Assembly (NCBI GenBank): GCA_003221515.1
Contig: QHSI01000133.1
Location: 3,530 to 67,529 of the forward strand
Length of the DNA stretch: 64,000 bases
Reading direction: 5' to 3'
From: Candidatus Rokuibacteriota bacterium
GTDB taxonomy: Bacteria > Methylomirabilota > Methylomirabilia > Rokubacteriales > CSP1-6
Positions 8,139 to 17,750 of the stretch are shown in pieces (positions within the stretch are counted from its first letter, which is position 1; each line of letters starts with the position of its first letter). Both the position numbers and the translations under genes were made by a program. The notes beneath the pieces were generated by a model. The model made no database searches. It was given only the letters and a program-made list of their open reading frames with translations, and was not told the DNA's origin.

Positions 8139-9737
8139 CTAGCCGCGCACGGCCCCGGGCCGGCCGTCCTCGACGACGAAGGAGGCCAGCGTGTCGGCTT
8201 CGGCACGCGGACGTGCGACGCCGCGGACCGTCCTCAGGTCGGCGCGCAGCCGAGCGGGCGTGATCTCCATGCGCAGATAACCCCGCCGCGCACCGTTGGC
8301 GAGCTTGATGTGCGGGTTGTCGGCCAGAAGCGCGTCGACTTCCTCCTGCCGCCGCCTGAATTGCGAGGTGATGGAGGTACCGACGAACTCGGTGCCGACC
8401 ACCGGCGAGCGTGGATCGTCGAAGTCTGCTTTCAGATCAGTGACCCAGAACGAGTGCACGTCGCCGCCGACCACGATGGGGTTGGCGGGCTTGCGCCGGC
8501 CGAGATAGTCGAGGAGGCGGCGACGCGCCGCCGGATAGCCGTCCCATCCGTCGGTCCAGAACAGTTGCCCCGGGCCGGGCTTCCGGTCGAGCTGGGCCAT
8601 CAACGTCTGCTGGGCGAGCACATTCCACCGCGCGGGCGAACGGTCGAGGCCCGCCTGGAGCCAGCTCTCCTGAGCGCCCCCGAGCATCGTCAGGCGCGGA
8701 TCGAGCCGCTCGGCGCAGTCTTCGACGACGTTGGCGCCGCCCCGACCCGGCGCCGCGCACGGCTGAGGCGAGCGATATTGCCGGTCGTCGAGCAGATGGA
8801 TCTGCGCGAGCCGACCGAAGCTCACGCGCGTGAAGATGCGCATGTGCGGCCCGAACGGCACCATCTGGCGACGCAACGGCATGTGCTCGTAGTAGGCCTT
8901 GTAGGCCGCGGCGCGGCGTTGCAGGAACCACTCCGGCGCGTGCAGGTCCTCGGAGCGATCGTTGGCGTAGTCGTTCTGGACCTCGTGGTCGTCCCAGGTC
9001 AGCACCCATGGGTAGGCCGCGTGCGCGGCCTGCAGATCGGGATCGCCCTTGTAGAGCGCGTGGCGGATCCGGTAGTCGTCGAGCGTGTGCGGCTCGGGCG
9101 CCCCGTGCGTGCGCACGTGGTCGCGCCCCCACGAGGACTCGTAGATGTAGTCGCCGACGTGGATGACCATGTCGAGGTCGTCCGCCAGCATGTGGCGATA
9201 CGCGGTGAAAAAGCCCTGCTCGTACTGCTGGCAGGAGGCGACCGCGACGCGCAGGCGATCGACACCGCCATTCGCGGCCGGCGTGGTGCGCGTTCGGCCG
9301 ATGGCGCTCACCTCACCGCCGGCGCGGAAGCGATACCAGTACCACCGGCCGGCGTCGAGCCCATCGACCTCGACGTGCACGGCGTGCGCGAACGACGGCT
9401 CCGCGCTGGCGGTGCCGCGCTGGACGATCTGGCCCATGCGCTCGTCGCTCGCCACCTCCCACTCGACCGCCACGACCTCGGGAGGCATGCCGCCACCCGG
9501 CACGAGCGGCGCCGGCGCCAGACGGGTCCAGAGCGCGACGCCCGTGGGCGTGGGATAGCCCGACGCGACGCCCAGTGTGAACGGGTGAGCCGAGAGCTTC
9601 GGTTGGGCCGAGACGCGGCCGACACCGAGCGGAGCGAGCTGCGACGTGCCGAGGGCGAGCGCGCTCACGAGGAACCGCCGGCGACTCAGGCGAGGGTGAG
9701 CTTCCAGCCGGGGCGCGGCTACCTTCGAGAGCATCAC
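8139..9737 (-). CDS. phoD: Alkaline phosphatase D, Tat-exported
   Basis: SRRRFL Tat motif; FTLGVASG; HVGDYIYE; TWDDHEV; LDDRQYRS; DGWDGY; GDVH. Confidence 0.95.
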   Translation of the reverse strand: MMLSKVAAPRLEAHPRLSRRRFLVSALALGTSQLAPLGVGRVSAQPKLSAHPFTLGVASGYPTPTGVALWTRLAPAPLVPGGGMPPEVVAVEWEVASDERMGQIVQRGTASAEPSFAHAVHVEVDGLDAGRWYWYRFRAGGEVSAIGRTRTTPAANGGVDRLRVAVASCQQYEQGFFTAYRHMLADDLDMVIHVGDYIYESSWGRDHVRTHGAPEPHTLDDYRIRHALYKGDPDLQAAHAAYPWVLTWDDHEVQNDYANDRSEDLHAPEWFLQRRAAAYKAYYEHMPLRRQMVPFGPHMRIFTRVSFGRLAQIHLLDDRQYRSPQPCAAPGRGGANVVEDCAERLDPRLTMLGGAQESWLQAGLDRSPARWNVLAQQTLMAQLDRKPGPGQLFWTDGWDGYPAARRRLLDYLGRRKPANPIVVGGDVHSFWVTDLKADFDDPRSPVVGTEFVGTSITSQFRRRQEEVDALLADNPHIKLANGARRGYLRMEITPARLRADLRTVRGVARPRAEADTLASFVVEDGRPGAVRG

Positions 9738-9837
9738 CGCGAAGGATAGACGGCGGGGGCGTCGGAGGACAAGCGCGACGTGAGACGCGGCGCGGAAGCG
9801 CCGGGGCGCCCGGATCGGACACCCCGGCCCGAGAGAA

Positions 9838-10362
9838 TCAGCTTCGGACGTAGACCGTTTTCATCGCGCGGTCGCCGCTAGGCGTTTGCATCGTGGTGTC
9901 GATCGTGAGCAGTCGACCGTCAGGCGACACGGACCAGGTCGAGTGCTGGGACATCGTGCGCTCGCCCTGATCGCTCTTGCGGGTCTGCATCACCGTCACG
10001 ACCAGGCGATCGCCCTCGAAGGCGGCGCGGGTCACGACGTTGCCGCCGCGATAGCCGCGGTGGGTCTGGTCGCTGCCGTCGGCGACGTAGGTATCGGTCA
10101 TCGAGCGCTCCCGCGTCCCCATCGTCATGGTCCGCGTGACCTTTACCGCGTTGCCCTGCTGCTCGACCCGCAGCTTCACTTCGGGCGGCGGAGCCTGGGC
10201 GTCGGGGCTGGGCTTGTTCTGACCCTCGTGCGACGGCAACTGGCTCTGGGCGCGGTCGAGCACCCACGTGCCGGACAGCTGAGGCTGGGCCGGCGCCGTC
10301 GCCACGCCGACCGCCAGCAGCAGCGCCGCCACCGTCCCGATCATCACTTGAGCGTGCTTCAT
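9838..10362 (-). CDS. Secreted hypothetical protein, lipocalin-like beta-barrel
   Basis: Signal peptide; LSGTWVLDRAQS start; beta-rich; AAGGAGG RBS. Confidence 0.75.
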   Translation of the reverse strand: MKHAQVMIGTVAALLLAVGVATAPAQPQLSGTWVLDRAQSQLPSHEGQNKPSPDAQAPPPEVKLRVEQQGNAVKVTRTMTMGTRERSMTDTYVADGSDQTHRGYRGGNVVTRAAFEGDRLVVTVMQTRKSDQGERTMSQHSTWSVSPDGRLLTIDTTMQTPSGDRAMKTVYVRS

Positions 10363-10510
10363 AGCGTCCTCCTTTGCACGATCTGTCCCGTAGGACGGCC
10401 TAATCTCCGGCCACGTTTACGATCGCTCGGCGGTATTGTGGTCGGCGCCGCGAGCGGCCGATCGCTCGCCGGAGCAGCCGGTCTCTACCGAGGGCAACGG
10501 GAGGGCGCGC

Positions 10511-10814
10511 ATGGACGCGGGGACAGGCGGACGGGCCGTCGTGGAGCTCCTGAAGGCAGAAGGGGTCCGCCACATTTTCGGAATCGTCGGCTCGACCTTT
10601 CTGGACGTGCTGGATACGCTCTAACATCGGCAATCCGCGCTACGACCAGTTCGCCCGCCTCTTCGGCGCGGCGGGCTACTACGTCGACCACCCCGACCAG
10701 GTCGGCGATGCGATCAAGGCCGCGATCGCCGCCGACAAGCCGGCGATCGTCGAGATCCCGATCGATCCCAACGAATTCCCGACTCCCGTCGCGGCGGTCC
10801 GCAAGATCTCGTGA
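10511..10814 (+). pseudogene. Thiamine-diphosphate enzyme (acetolactate synthase / Xsc-like) remnant with large internal deletion
   Basis: N-terminus MDAGTGGRAVVELLKAEGVRHIFGIVGSTFLDVLD (10511-10624) is joined directly, in another frame, to C-terminus IGNPRYDQFARLFGAAGYYV...PAIVEIPIDPNEFP (10626-10814). Confidence 0.85.
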
Positions 10815-10937
10815 GCCGTGGCTTGGGGTCCGTCGAGGCCCCGAGCACGTCACGCGAGGTCGAGGAGCGCCACGGCTTACGCCGGGGCGCTTCCGCGAGC
10901 GCCGGGGGGTATGGGGGGCCCTTCAAGGCCCCCCATA
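10815..10937. repeat. Multi-hairpin REP-like element between convergent genes
   Basis: GCCGTGGC(10815)...GCCACGGC(10876) encloses a hairpin; GGCGCT..AGCGCC; TATGGGGGGCC-cttcaa-GGCCCCCCATA (10910-10937). Confidence 0.6.
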
Positions 10938-11678
10938 ACGACTGATATGCAGGTGGACGCCGTGGCTCGAGGCGGGCTCGACGGTGACCTCGCCCGTGCC
11001 CCGCAGCAGTATCGTTCCGGCGCGGTCGAAGGCCGCGGTAAGCGCGGCGAAATCCTCGGCCACCATCGAGAGCGCGACCATTCCCTCCGTGCCCCCGACC
11101 TCTTCGGTCGGCACGACCAGGAGCGCGCCGCGCCCGACCGCCAGCATCGCGCGCGGGCCGCCGTTCATCGCGATCTCCTCGAGGCCGAAGAGCGACTGGA
11201 ACATCGCGCTGACCCGCTTGACGTCGAGCGCGCCGATCACGAGGCGCTTGAGCCGTAGCGGTGCCGCCGGCTCCGCCGCCGGCGCGGACGGCGTGGCGAG
11301 CTCGACGAGCACGCCGCAGCTCGCCCGCGGATGTACGAACGCGATCCGGCCGGCGAGCCCGGACCGCGGTGTCGCGTCGAGGAGCTCGACCTGTCGCTCC
11401 CTCAGCGCGGTCAGCGTCTTGGCGATGTCCGGGGTGTCGAAGCACAGATGATGGAGCCCCTCCCCGCGCTTGGCCAGGAAGCGTCCGACGCCCGACGTGT
11501 CGTCGAGCGGCTCGATCAGCTCGACTTCGCTCTCGCCGGCCGCGAGCAGCGCGGCGCGTACTCGCTGGTCGGGCAGCGTCGCCTCCTTGACCAGCGGCAG
11601 CCCCAGGGTGTCGCGGTAGAAGCGATATGCGTCCTCGAGACGCTTCACGATGATGCCAACGTGGTGAATCCGTCGCAT
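10923..11678 (-). CDS. mce: Methylmalonyl-CoA epimerase-like VOC domain with a second, degenerate VOC domain
   Basis: IHHVGIIV; EVELIEP; FLAKRGEGLHHLCF; IAFVHP..GVLVEL. Confidence 0.8.
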   Translation of the reverse strand: MRRIHHVGIIVKRLEDAYRFYRDTLGLPLVKEATLPDQRVRAALLAAGESEVELIEPLDDTSGVGRFLAKRGEGLHHLCFDTPDIAKTLTALRERQVELLDATPRSGLAGRIAFVHPRASCGVLVELATPSAPAAEPAAPLRLKRLVIGALDVKRVSAMFQSLFGLEEIAMNGGPRAMLAVGRGALLVVPTEEVGGTEGMVALSMVAEDFAALTAAFDRAGTILLRGTGEVTVEPASSHGVHLHISRYGGP

Positions 11679-11694
11679 CACGCCCAATCCCTCC

Positions 11695-12153
11695 TCAACG
11701 GATGAACGGCGCGCCTCTCTTGGCGGAGGCGTCGCGGATCCGCACCCGGTGATTGGCGAGGAGCGTGGGCGGTAGGCGGCGCAGCGAGAAGTAGTCGAGC
11801 GCGAGCGTCTCGTCGCACGTCGTGAGCTCGCCGCCGCGCACCGCGCATTCGAAGCACAAGGTGACGGAGTGCCAGACGTGTCCGTCGGGATAGCGCACGA
11901 CCTGGAACGCCGGTTCCGAGTACACGCCCACCATCCGGCGCACGGCGATCGTCAGCCCGGTCTCTTCGCGAACCTCCCGCTCGATGGCGTCACGCACCGA
12001 CTCGCCGATGTCGACCGAGCCACCGGGCAGCCCCCACTGCTCGCCATCGGAGCGTTGCTGGAGCAGAAGTCGACCGCGGCGGTCGAAGATGACGGCAGAG
12101 ACAGAGGGTCGGATTCCGAGAGCGCGTGCGGCGTCACGCTCGAGCGTGATCAC
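11695..12153 (-). CDS. NUDIX hydrolase
   Basis: Nudix box GGSVDIGESVRDAIEREVREETGL. Confidence 0.95.
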   Translation of the reverse strand: MITLERDAARALGIRPSVSAVIFDRRGRLLLQQRSDGEQWGLPGGSVDIGESVRDAIEREVREETGLTIAVRRMVGVYSEPAFQVVRYPDGHVWHSVTLCFECAVRGGELTTCDETLALDYFSLRRLPPTLLANHRVRIRDASAKRGAPFIR

Positions 12154-12197
12154 CCGTTCACCCTACCCGACGCTCACGCCCTTCGCAATGTTTTGCA

Positions 12198-13328
12198 TCA
12201 GCCACCCGCCGCGCTGAACAGGCGCTGGAACTGCTTCCACGCGATCGGCGACGTCGCGCCCACCTTCGCGTTCTCGTCGACGTGCGCGCTCGTCTTCATG
12301 CCGACCAGCGCCGAGCCGACGCCCGGCGTCGAGCGCGCGAACTGAAGGGCCCGCTGCGCATCGGTCTCCAGCCCCGGCAGGAACTTGGCGAGCATCGGCG
12401 GCAGGCCGCGGCTCAGCTGGCCTTGATAGATCGAGGCGGAGGCCATCACGTACACGTCGAGCTGGCGGGCCGCTTCGAGCACGGGGACCATGCCCTTGTC
12501 CACGCGCTGGTTGGCGCGCGTGAACGCCTCGGTCATCGCGAGGTTGTACGGAAGCTGGATCACCTTGAAGTGGTGGTTCGGGCCGCCCACGTCGCGCGCC
12601 GCCGCCACCAGCTCCGCCAGCGAGAGATACCCGGGCGCGCCCGGGTCCTCGCGGTACCCGCTCCACGTCGCGGTGCCGTAGCGCCCGATGAGGCCGCCCG
12701 CCACCGCCTCCTCCAGCGCCGCGAATGCCGCGCGGATGCGCGCCATGAACTCGTCGCGCTTGACCTCGCCGAGCTGTGTCTCGGGGTTGTGGATGTAGTA
12801 CACGTCGAGCGTGGCGAGCCCGAGGTTCACGCGACTACGGTCGATCTGGTCGCGCAGATACCGCGGGGTCATGCAGTGCGCGCCGCCCACCACCTCCCCC
12901 GGCTTGACGATGCCCGACTCGAGGTACGTCGCCGTGAAGTACGCCCGGGCATCTCGGGGCACGGCGCCGTCGAACGGGATGAAGCCACCCTTGGTGGCCA
13001 CGAGGACCTCGTCACGCTCCACGACACCCTTGGCGATCGCGGTGGCGAGCGCCGTTCTGATGGCGCGCTCGCTGCGCTGGTGCCGGTAGTTCACGGCGGT
13101 GTCGAGGACGTTCACGCCCAGCTCCAGCGCGCGTACGATCGCGTCCTGATAGAGGACGTCGGTCGCGCCGTCGTCGGCGCCGAGATAGGTGCCGAGGCCC
13201 AGCGTCGAGAGCTGCGGGCCTTCGTCCAGCTGCCGGAAGTGTCCAGCGGTCAGCCGTGCGGCGAGTCGCTCGGCGTACCGCAGCGTCCCCTTGGCCGTCG
13301 CCTTGCCGGTGATCATCTTCGTCGTCAT
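12198..13328 (-). CDS. Aldo/keto reductase
   Basis: LGLGTYLG; LDTAVNY; ATKGG; DVYYIHNPE; IQLPYN. Confidence 0.9.
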   Translation of the reverse strand: MTTKMITGKATAKGTLRYAERLAARLTAGHFRQLDEGPQLSTLGLGTYLGADDGATDVLYQDAIVRALELGVNVLDTAVNYRHQRSERAIRTALATAIAKGVVERDEVLVATKGGFIPFDGAVPRDARAYFTATYLESGIVKPGEVVGGAHCMTPRYLRDQIDRSRVNLGLATLDVYYIHNPETQLGEVKRDEFMARIRAAFAALEEAVAGGLIGRYGTATWSGYREDPGAPGYLSLAELVAAARDVGGPNHHFKVIQLPYNLAMTEAFTRANQRVDKGMVPVLEAARQLDVYVMASASIYQGQLSRGLPPMLAKFLPGLETDAQRALQFARSTPGVGSALVGMKTSAHVDENAKVGATSPIAWKQFQRLFSAAGG

Positions 13329-13343
13329 GGCATTTCCATCTCG

Positions 13344-13415
13344 GCGCGCCTCCGGCGCGACATGCCCGCGCGCCTCCGCCGCGACACGTCCGCGCGCCTA
13401 CGGCGCGACACGGAA
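13344..13415. repeat. 24-bp tandem repeat x3, third copy overlapping the copC stop
   Basis: GCGCGCCTCCGGCGCGACATGCCC / GCGCGCCTCCGCCGCGACACGTCC / GCGCGCCTACGGCGCGACACGGAA. Confidence 0.85.
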
Positions 13416-13757
13416 GGAGAAGCTCCCGCTCACCACGTGGCCGTCCGTGGAGAGCACGCGCCACTCGACGCGCCAGGCGCCCGCCGGCAGCACATCCACC
13501 GTCGCGGTCAGCCAGTCCGCCGACCCGTCGGCGACCCGCACCGTGGCGGGGCGCGCCGCGCCGTGCTCGTCACGTAGACGGATCGTCGAAAGCTTCTTCT
13601 CGATGCGGTTGTTGAAGCGCAGCGACAACTCGGCTGGCGAGGCGGTGACCACCGAGCCGGCGCCGGGTGACGATTCGAGCAGGAGTGAATGCGCGGGGGC
13701 GCTGCCCGCGACCGCCAGCACGAGGGCGCCCGTGAGGATCGCCCACCGAGCCGCCAT
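13398..13757 (-). CDS. copC: Copper resistance protein CopC
   Basis: Signal peptide ending APA, mature His1 (HSLLLESSP); WRVLSTDGHVVSGSFSF; ATG overlaps the upstream TGA. Confidence 0.92.
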   Translation of the reverse strand: MAARWAILTGALVLAVAGSAPAHSLLLESSPGAGSVVTASPAELSLRFNNRIEKKLSTIRLRDEHGAARPATVRVADGSADWLTATVDVLPAGAWRVEWRVLSTDGHVVSGSFSFRVAP

Positions 13758-14791
13758 CAGCGCCAGTCGTCGAGCACCAAGTCCGCGGGGTTCTCGTAGT
13801 CCTCCTGCTTGCCCCGCTGCATCCGGATCATGGTGAAGTCGACCTGATAACCGCATTGGAGGAGGGTGTCGTAGGCAACCCAGTATCGAGAATACACGGG
13901 CAGGATCACGCGCTGGACGCCGAGCTCCTGGCCCAATCCCTCGATCGCGGCGACGAACTGCTCGAGATTCTCCACCTTGCGCTGCGGCGGGTCGATCGCG
14001 AGGAACTTGATGTAGAGCGCGCCGGTCGGCGCCTCGCTGACGCCGGGCGTGTGGCAGATCGCGAACCCGATCAGATCGCGCCCCCGCTCGAGCAGCAGCG
14101 TGTCTCCGAGGGCCAGGCCGTCGACGATCTCGATCTCCTTCGACAGATCCATGCCGCGGCAGATCGCGTTGGTGATCCGGTGGATGCGCGCGAGGGTGGC
14201 CTTCTTCTTCGCCTCCTCGAGCGTGGAGAAGCGCCGCATCGTCGGCGGCGTCTTGGCGGGCTTCGGCGCCGTCGCCGCCCGGGCCGGCCCGCGGTCGATC
14301 GCGCGGCTCATGATCGCGCCCAGGTTCTTCGGACGGTATCCGAACTTGTGGTAGAGGTACAGGTGCTTGGGGCTCGTCGGGTACGTGACGCAGCCGTGCA
14401 GCGTCGCCTTGTTCTCGTCGAAGAACTCCTGCGCCGCGCGGATGAGCTGCTGGCCGATCGTCTGGTTGTGATAGTTCGTCAGGACCGCGACCGGGCCCAG
14501 CACGCCGACGGTACCCCACGTCACCGCGAGGGCCGCCCCCACGATCTTGGAGTTGTCTTCCTCGGCGACGAAGCACCCCCACGGCTCCATGAGCCAGCGG
14601 TGGTGAACATACTGCGCGCCGCCGAACGCCTGGCGCGGCCGGGTGCCGAGCTGACGCTCGAGGAAGTCGCCGAAGGTCTGCTCCATCACGTCGCGGACCT
14701 TCGAGAGGTCGCCCTTCCGCACCCGACGGATCTGGACCTTGGGCAGCCGGCCCTGGGGCTCGAGCCCCGCGCGATCGACCGTGGCTCTCAC
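13757..14791 (-). CDS. GNAT family N-acetyltransferase (tandem GNAT)
   Basis: LGPVAVLTNYHNQTIGQQLI; LYLYHKFGY; GTG start overlaps the upstream stop. Confidence 0.8.
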   Translation of the reverse strand: MRATVDRAGLEPQGRLPKVQIRRVRKGDLSKVRDVMEQTFGDFLERQLGTRPRQAFGGAQYVHHRWLMEPWGCFVAEEDNSKIVGAALAVTWGTVGVLGPVAVLTNYHNQTIGQQLIRAAQEFFDENKATLHGCVTYPTSPKHLYLYHKFGYRPKNLGAIMSRAIDRGPARAATAPKPAKTPPTMRRFSTLEEAKKKATLARIHRITNAICRGMDLSKEIEIVDGLALGDTLLLERGRDLIGFAICHTPGVSEAPTGALYIKFLAIDPPQRKVENLEQFVAAIEGLGQELGVQRVILPVYSRYWVAYDTLLQCGYQVDFTMIRMQRGKQEDYENPADLVLDDWR

Positions 14792-15672
14792 TTCGTGAGG
14801 CCTGCGAGGTCTTCCAGCAGAGTGATCACTCCCGAGTGATCGAGTCCGCCGCGGCCCTTGACGCGGAGCGCGTTGAACAGCTCCTGCACCACCGCCGTCG
14901 CGGGCAACGGCACGCCGAGGGCGCGCGCCGATTCCATGATGAGTCCAAGATCCTTGAAGTGCAGATCGATCTTGAAGCCGGGGTTGTAGGTACCGGCCAG
15001 ATAGTTGGGCTTCTTCTGGTCGAGACACTTGGAGCCCGCGAGCCCGCCCGCCAGCGCGGTGAGCGTCAGGTCGCGGTCCAGCCCCGCCTTCTTCGCGAGC
15101 GTGAGCGCCTCGGCGAGCGCGGTCAGGTTGACGGCCACGATGATCTGGTTGGCGAGCTTGGTGAAGCCGCCGAACCCGAGCGGGCCGAGGTGAGTGATCG
15201 TCTTGCCCATTGCCTGGAAGATCGGCAGCACCGCATCGAAGACGCTCTTGTCGCCGCCGACCATGATCGAGAGCGCTCCGTCGATCGCCCCCCGCTCACC
15301 GCCGGACACCGGGGCGTCGAGCATCTTCACGGACTTCGCCGCCAGGGCCTGGCCGACCTTTTGCGAAAGGATCGGCGAGATCGTCGACATGTCGACGAAG
15401 ATGAGGCCGGGCCGGGCGCCCTCGATGATGCCGTCGCGACCGAGCGCGACCAGCTCGACGTCCGGCGAATTGGGAAGCATCGTGATCAGCACGTCGGATT
15501 GTGCGGCGACGTCTCGAGCCGACGTGCCCGCCTTGGCGCCAGCGTCGACGATCTCCTCCACGGGTCCGCGACTGCGACTGTGGACGACGAGGGAGTAGCC
15601 GGCCTTGAGGAGATTTCTGGCCATCGGGCGTCCCATGATTCCAAGGCCAATGAATCCAACAACTTGTGCCAT
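14788..15672 (-). CDS. garR: 2-hydroxy-3-oxopropionate (tartronate semialdehyde) reductase
   Basis: VGFIGLGIMGRPMARNL; LDAPVSGGE; TKLANQIIV; PGFKIDLHFKDL. Confidence 0.8.
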   Translation of the reverse strand: MAQVVGFIGLGIMGRPMARNLLKAGYSLVVHSRSRGPVEEIVDAGAKAGTSARDVAAQSDVLITMLPNSPDVELVALGRDGIIEGARPGLIFVDMSTISPILSQKVGQALAAKSVKMLDAPVSGGERGAIDGALSIMVGGDKSVFDAVLPIFQAMGKTITHLGPLGFGGFTKLANQIIVAVNLTALAEALTLAKKAGLDRDLTLTALAGGLAGSKCLDQKKPNYLAGTYNPGFKIDLHFKDLGLIMESARALGVPLPATAVVQELFNALRVKGRGGLDHSGVITLLEDLAGLTK

Positions 15673-15800
15673 AGGGCCCCCGTGGCGAGCAAAAGTGAGC
15701 GACAACAAATAACACGAGCGGGTGGACAGGGTCAAGCCACCCGCGCTCGGCCAGCGGCTCAGTGGGGGTATCCGGGGCCGCTCCGCCGGTGGCTCGATCC

Positions 15801-17750
15801 CTACGCTTTATTGCCCCAGAGGCTCTTGGAAAGCCAGTCCAGCCCGAGGTCCTTCAGCGTCTTGGGCAGGGGCTTGCCGGTCTTGCGGTCGAATCCGACC
15901 TCGGAGTACCAGGTATCGAGCATTTTCTCCCACTGGGCCCGGATGGCCTGGCCCTTGGCCGGCCCGTCCACCGGCGTGGAGCCGTAGCGCGTCGACGGAT
16001 ACTCCATCGCGCCCGTGTGACCGCAGCGGAGCGCGGTGGCGCGATTGATGACGGCGGTGCGCTTCCCGAACCGAAGCGCCTCGTCGACCGTGAAGGCCCA
16101 GCCCGTCGCCGCCGACAGCGCGCGACAAACGTGCTCGAGCCGGGTCCGTGACGTGAAGATGCAGATGCCGAGCGAGTCCTCGAAGCTCCGACGCCCGCGC
16201 AGCCCGGCAACGTACTTGGCCACCTGCTCGCCGTCGAAAGGATTGATTCGCGCGGGCTGGCCGATCTCGGTCGGGTGGACGGGGTTGCCGGTTTCCATCG
16301 TCGCCGTGGAGGACGTGCAGGTGTCGAGCATCTCCTCCCAACGAGAGCGGTGATCGTGGCCGCGCGGCGTGGCGCCCTTCTCGATGTAGATCGCGCACTC
16401 CTTGGCCGGCCCGCCGAGCTTCTCAGCGGCGCGCTTGACGCCCTCGGCCAAGACGTTCCCGAAGCCTTCGCGACGGCTGACCATCTGGAGCAAACGGTGC
16501 GCGCCCTTGACGTCGCCCCACTTGAGCTCGAAGCCGAGCTGCTCACGGGTGATGTAGCCCTTCTCCTGGCACTCCATGACCCAGCCGCACAGCCAGCCCC
16601 ATTCGTTGACATCGACACAGGCCCGATCGCACTCGGTGTTGAGCCACGCGACGCTGTCGCGGTCGGCCGCCCCGATCGCCCAGCCGCACCCGGACCAACC
16701 TTCGTACTCCGGCTCGTCGACGATCTTGCCCTTCTGATCGCCGTGGCGGATGACGGACATGTGGCAGTGGTGCATGCCACACGCGTTGCACTGGTGGCCG
16801 CGGTGGTCGAAGTTCTCGCGGAGCTTCGGCGCCTCCCACACGCTCAGGTCGGCGCCGGCCACGTTCGACGTCAGGTTGGTCGTATAGTTCTTGATCGGCA
16901 GCGCGCCCATCTTCGAGAGGTTCACCACGCCCGGCAGCGTCCCGTACTCGTACAGCGAGCGCGCGGAGGCGTCAGTGCGCAGATCGTGGGCGATCTCGTC
17001 GGCGGCCTGCACCACGCCGCGCGGATCGGCGGCGCGCAGCGACTTCGTCCCCTTCACGATCGCGACCGCCTTGAGCCGCTTCTTGCCCATGACGGCGCCG
17101 CAGCCGTTCTTGGACGCGACATGGCCGTAGTCGCCCTGGATAGCGGCGAAGCGCACGAGGTTCTCGCCGGCGGGACCGATCGAGTAGACCGAGAGCTGGT
17201 GGCCCGCGAGCCCCGTTTCCTTGTAGAGCGCTCCCTGCGTCTCCCACGTGTCGAGACCGACCAGCGAGCGCGCGTCGCGCAGCTCCACGACATCGTCGTT
17301 GATGTACAGATAGAGCCAGTCCTTGGATTGGCCCTGGACGATGATCGCGTCGTATCCGCAGTACTTCAGATTGGTACCGAAGAAGCCGTTGGCCTGCGTC
17401 GAGGTGGGGCCGTTGGTCCCGGCGCCGATCGTGCACACGGTGAGACCGCCCGTGCCCCACACTGGCAGGCCGGCCAGCGGTCCCGTCGCCAGTACGAGCC
17501 GGTTGTCGGGATGGTCCCAGGAGACGTTGCCCTTGCCATCTCTGGTCGCGGTCTCGCGGTAGAGGATCATCGCGCCGAGGCCGACGCCCCCGATGAGCTC
17601 CCGCATCGTCTCGGGACTCCACGGCTCGGCGCGGCAGGTGCGGCGCGTGAGATCCACGCGCAGGAGGTTGCCGGCGTAGCCGCCGGGGCGCGCGGTCGCC
17701 GCGGACTTCGTCGTGGGCTTCGCAGGTGCGGTCGAGGTCGCTGGAGTCAT
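15801..17750 (-). CDS. aor: Aldehyde:ferredoxin oxidoreductase catalytic subunit (tungstopterin AOR family)
   Basis: GYAGNLLRVDL; SIGPAGENLVRFAAI; GAVMGKKRLKA; CNACGMHHC; EPEYE; DSLGICIF. Confidence 0.92.
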   Translation of the reverse strand: MTPATSTAPAKPTTKSAATARPGGYAGNLLRVDLTRRTCRAEPWSPETMRELIGGVGLGAMILYRETATRDGKGNVSWDHPDNRLVLATGPLAGLPVWGTGGLTVCTIGAGTNGPTSTQANGFFGTNLKYCGYDAIIVQGQSKDWLYLYINDDVVELRDARSLVGLDTWETQGALYKETGLAGHQLSVYSIGPAGENLVRFAAIQGDYGHVASKNGCGAVMGKKRLKAVAIVKGTKSLRAADPRGVVQAADEIAHDLRTDASARSLYEYGTLPGVVNLSKMGALPIKNYTTNLTSNVAGADLSVWEAPKLRENFDHRGHQCNACGMHHCHMSVIRHGDQKGKIVDEPEYEGWSGCGWAIGAADRDSVAWLNTECDRACVDVNEWGWLCGWVMECQEKGYITREQLGFELKWGDVKGAHRLLQMVSRREGFGNVLAEGVKRAAEKLGGPAKECAIYIEKGATPRGHDHRSRWEEMLDTCTSSTATMETGNPVHPTEIGQPARINPFDGEQVAKYVAGLRGRRSFEDSLGICIFTSRTRLEHVCRALSAATGWAFTVDEALRFGKRTAVINRATALRCGHTGAMEYPSTRYGSTPVDGPAKGQAIRAQWEKMLDTWYSEVGFDRKTGKPLPKTLKDLGLDWLSKSLWGNKA

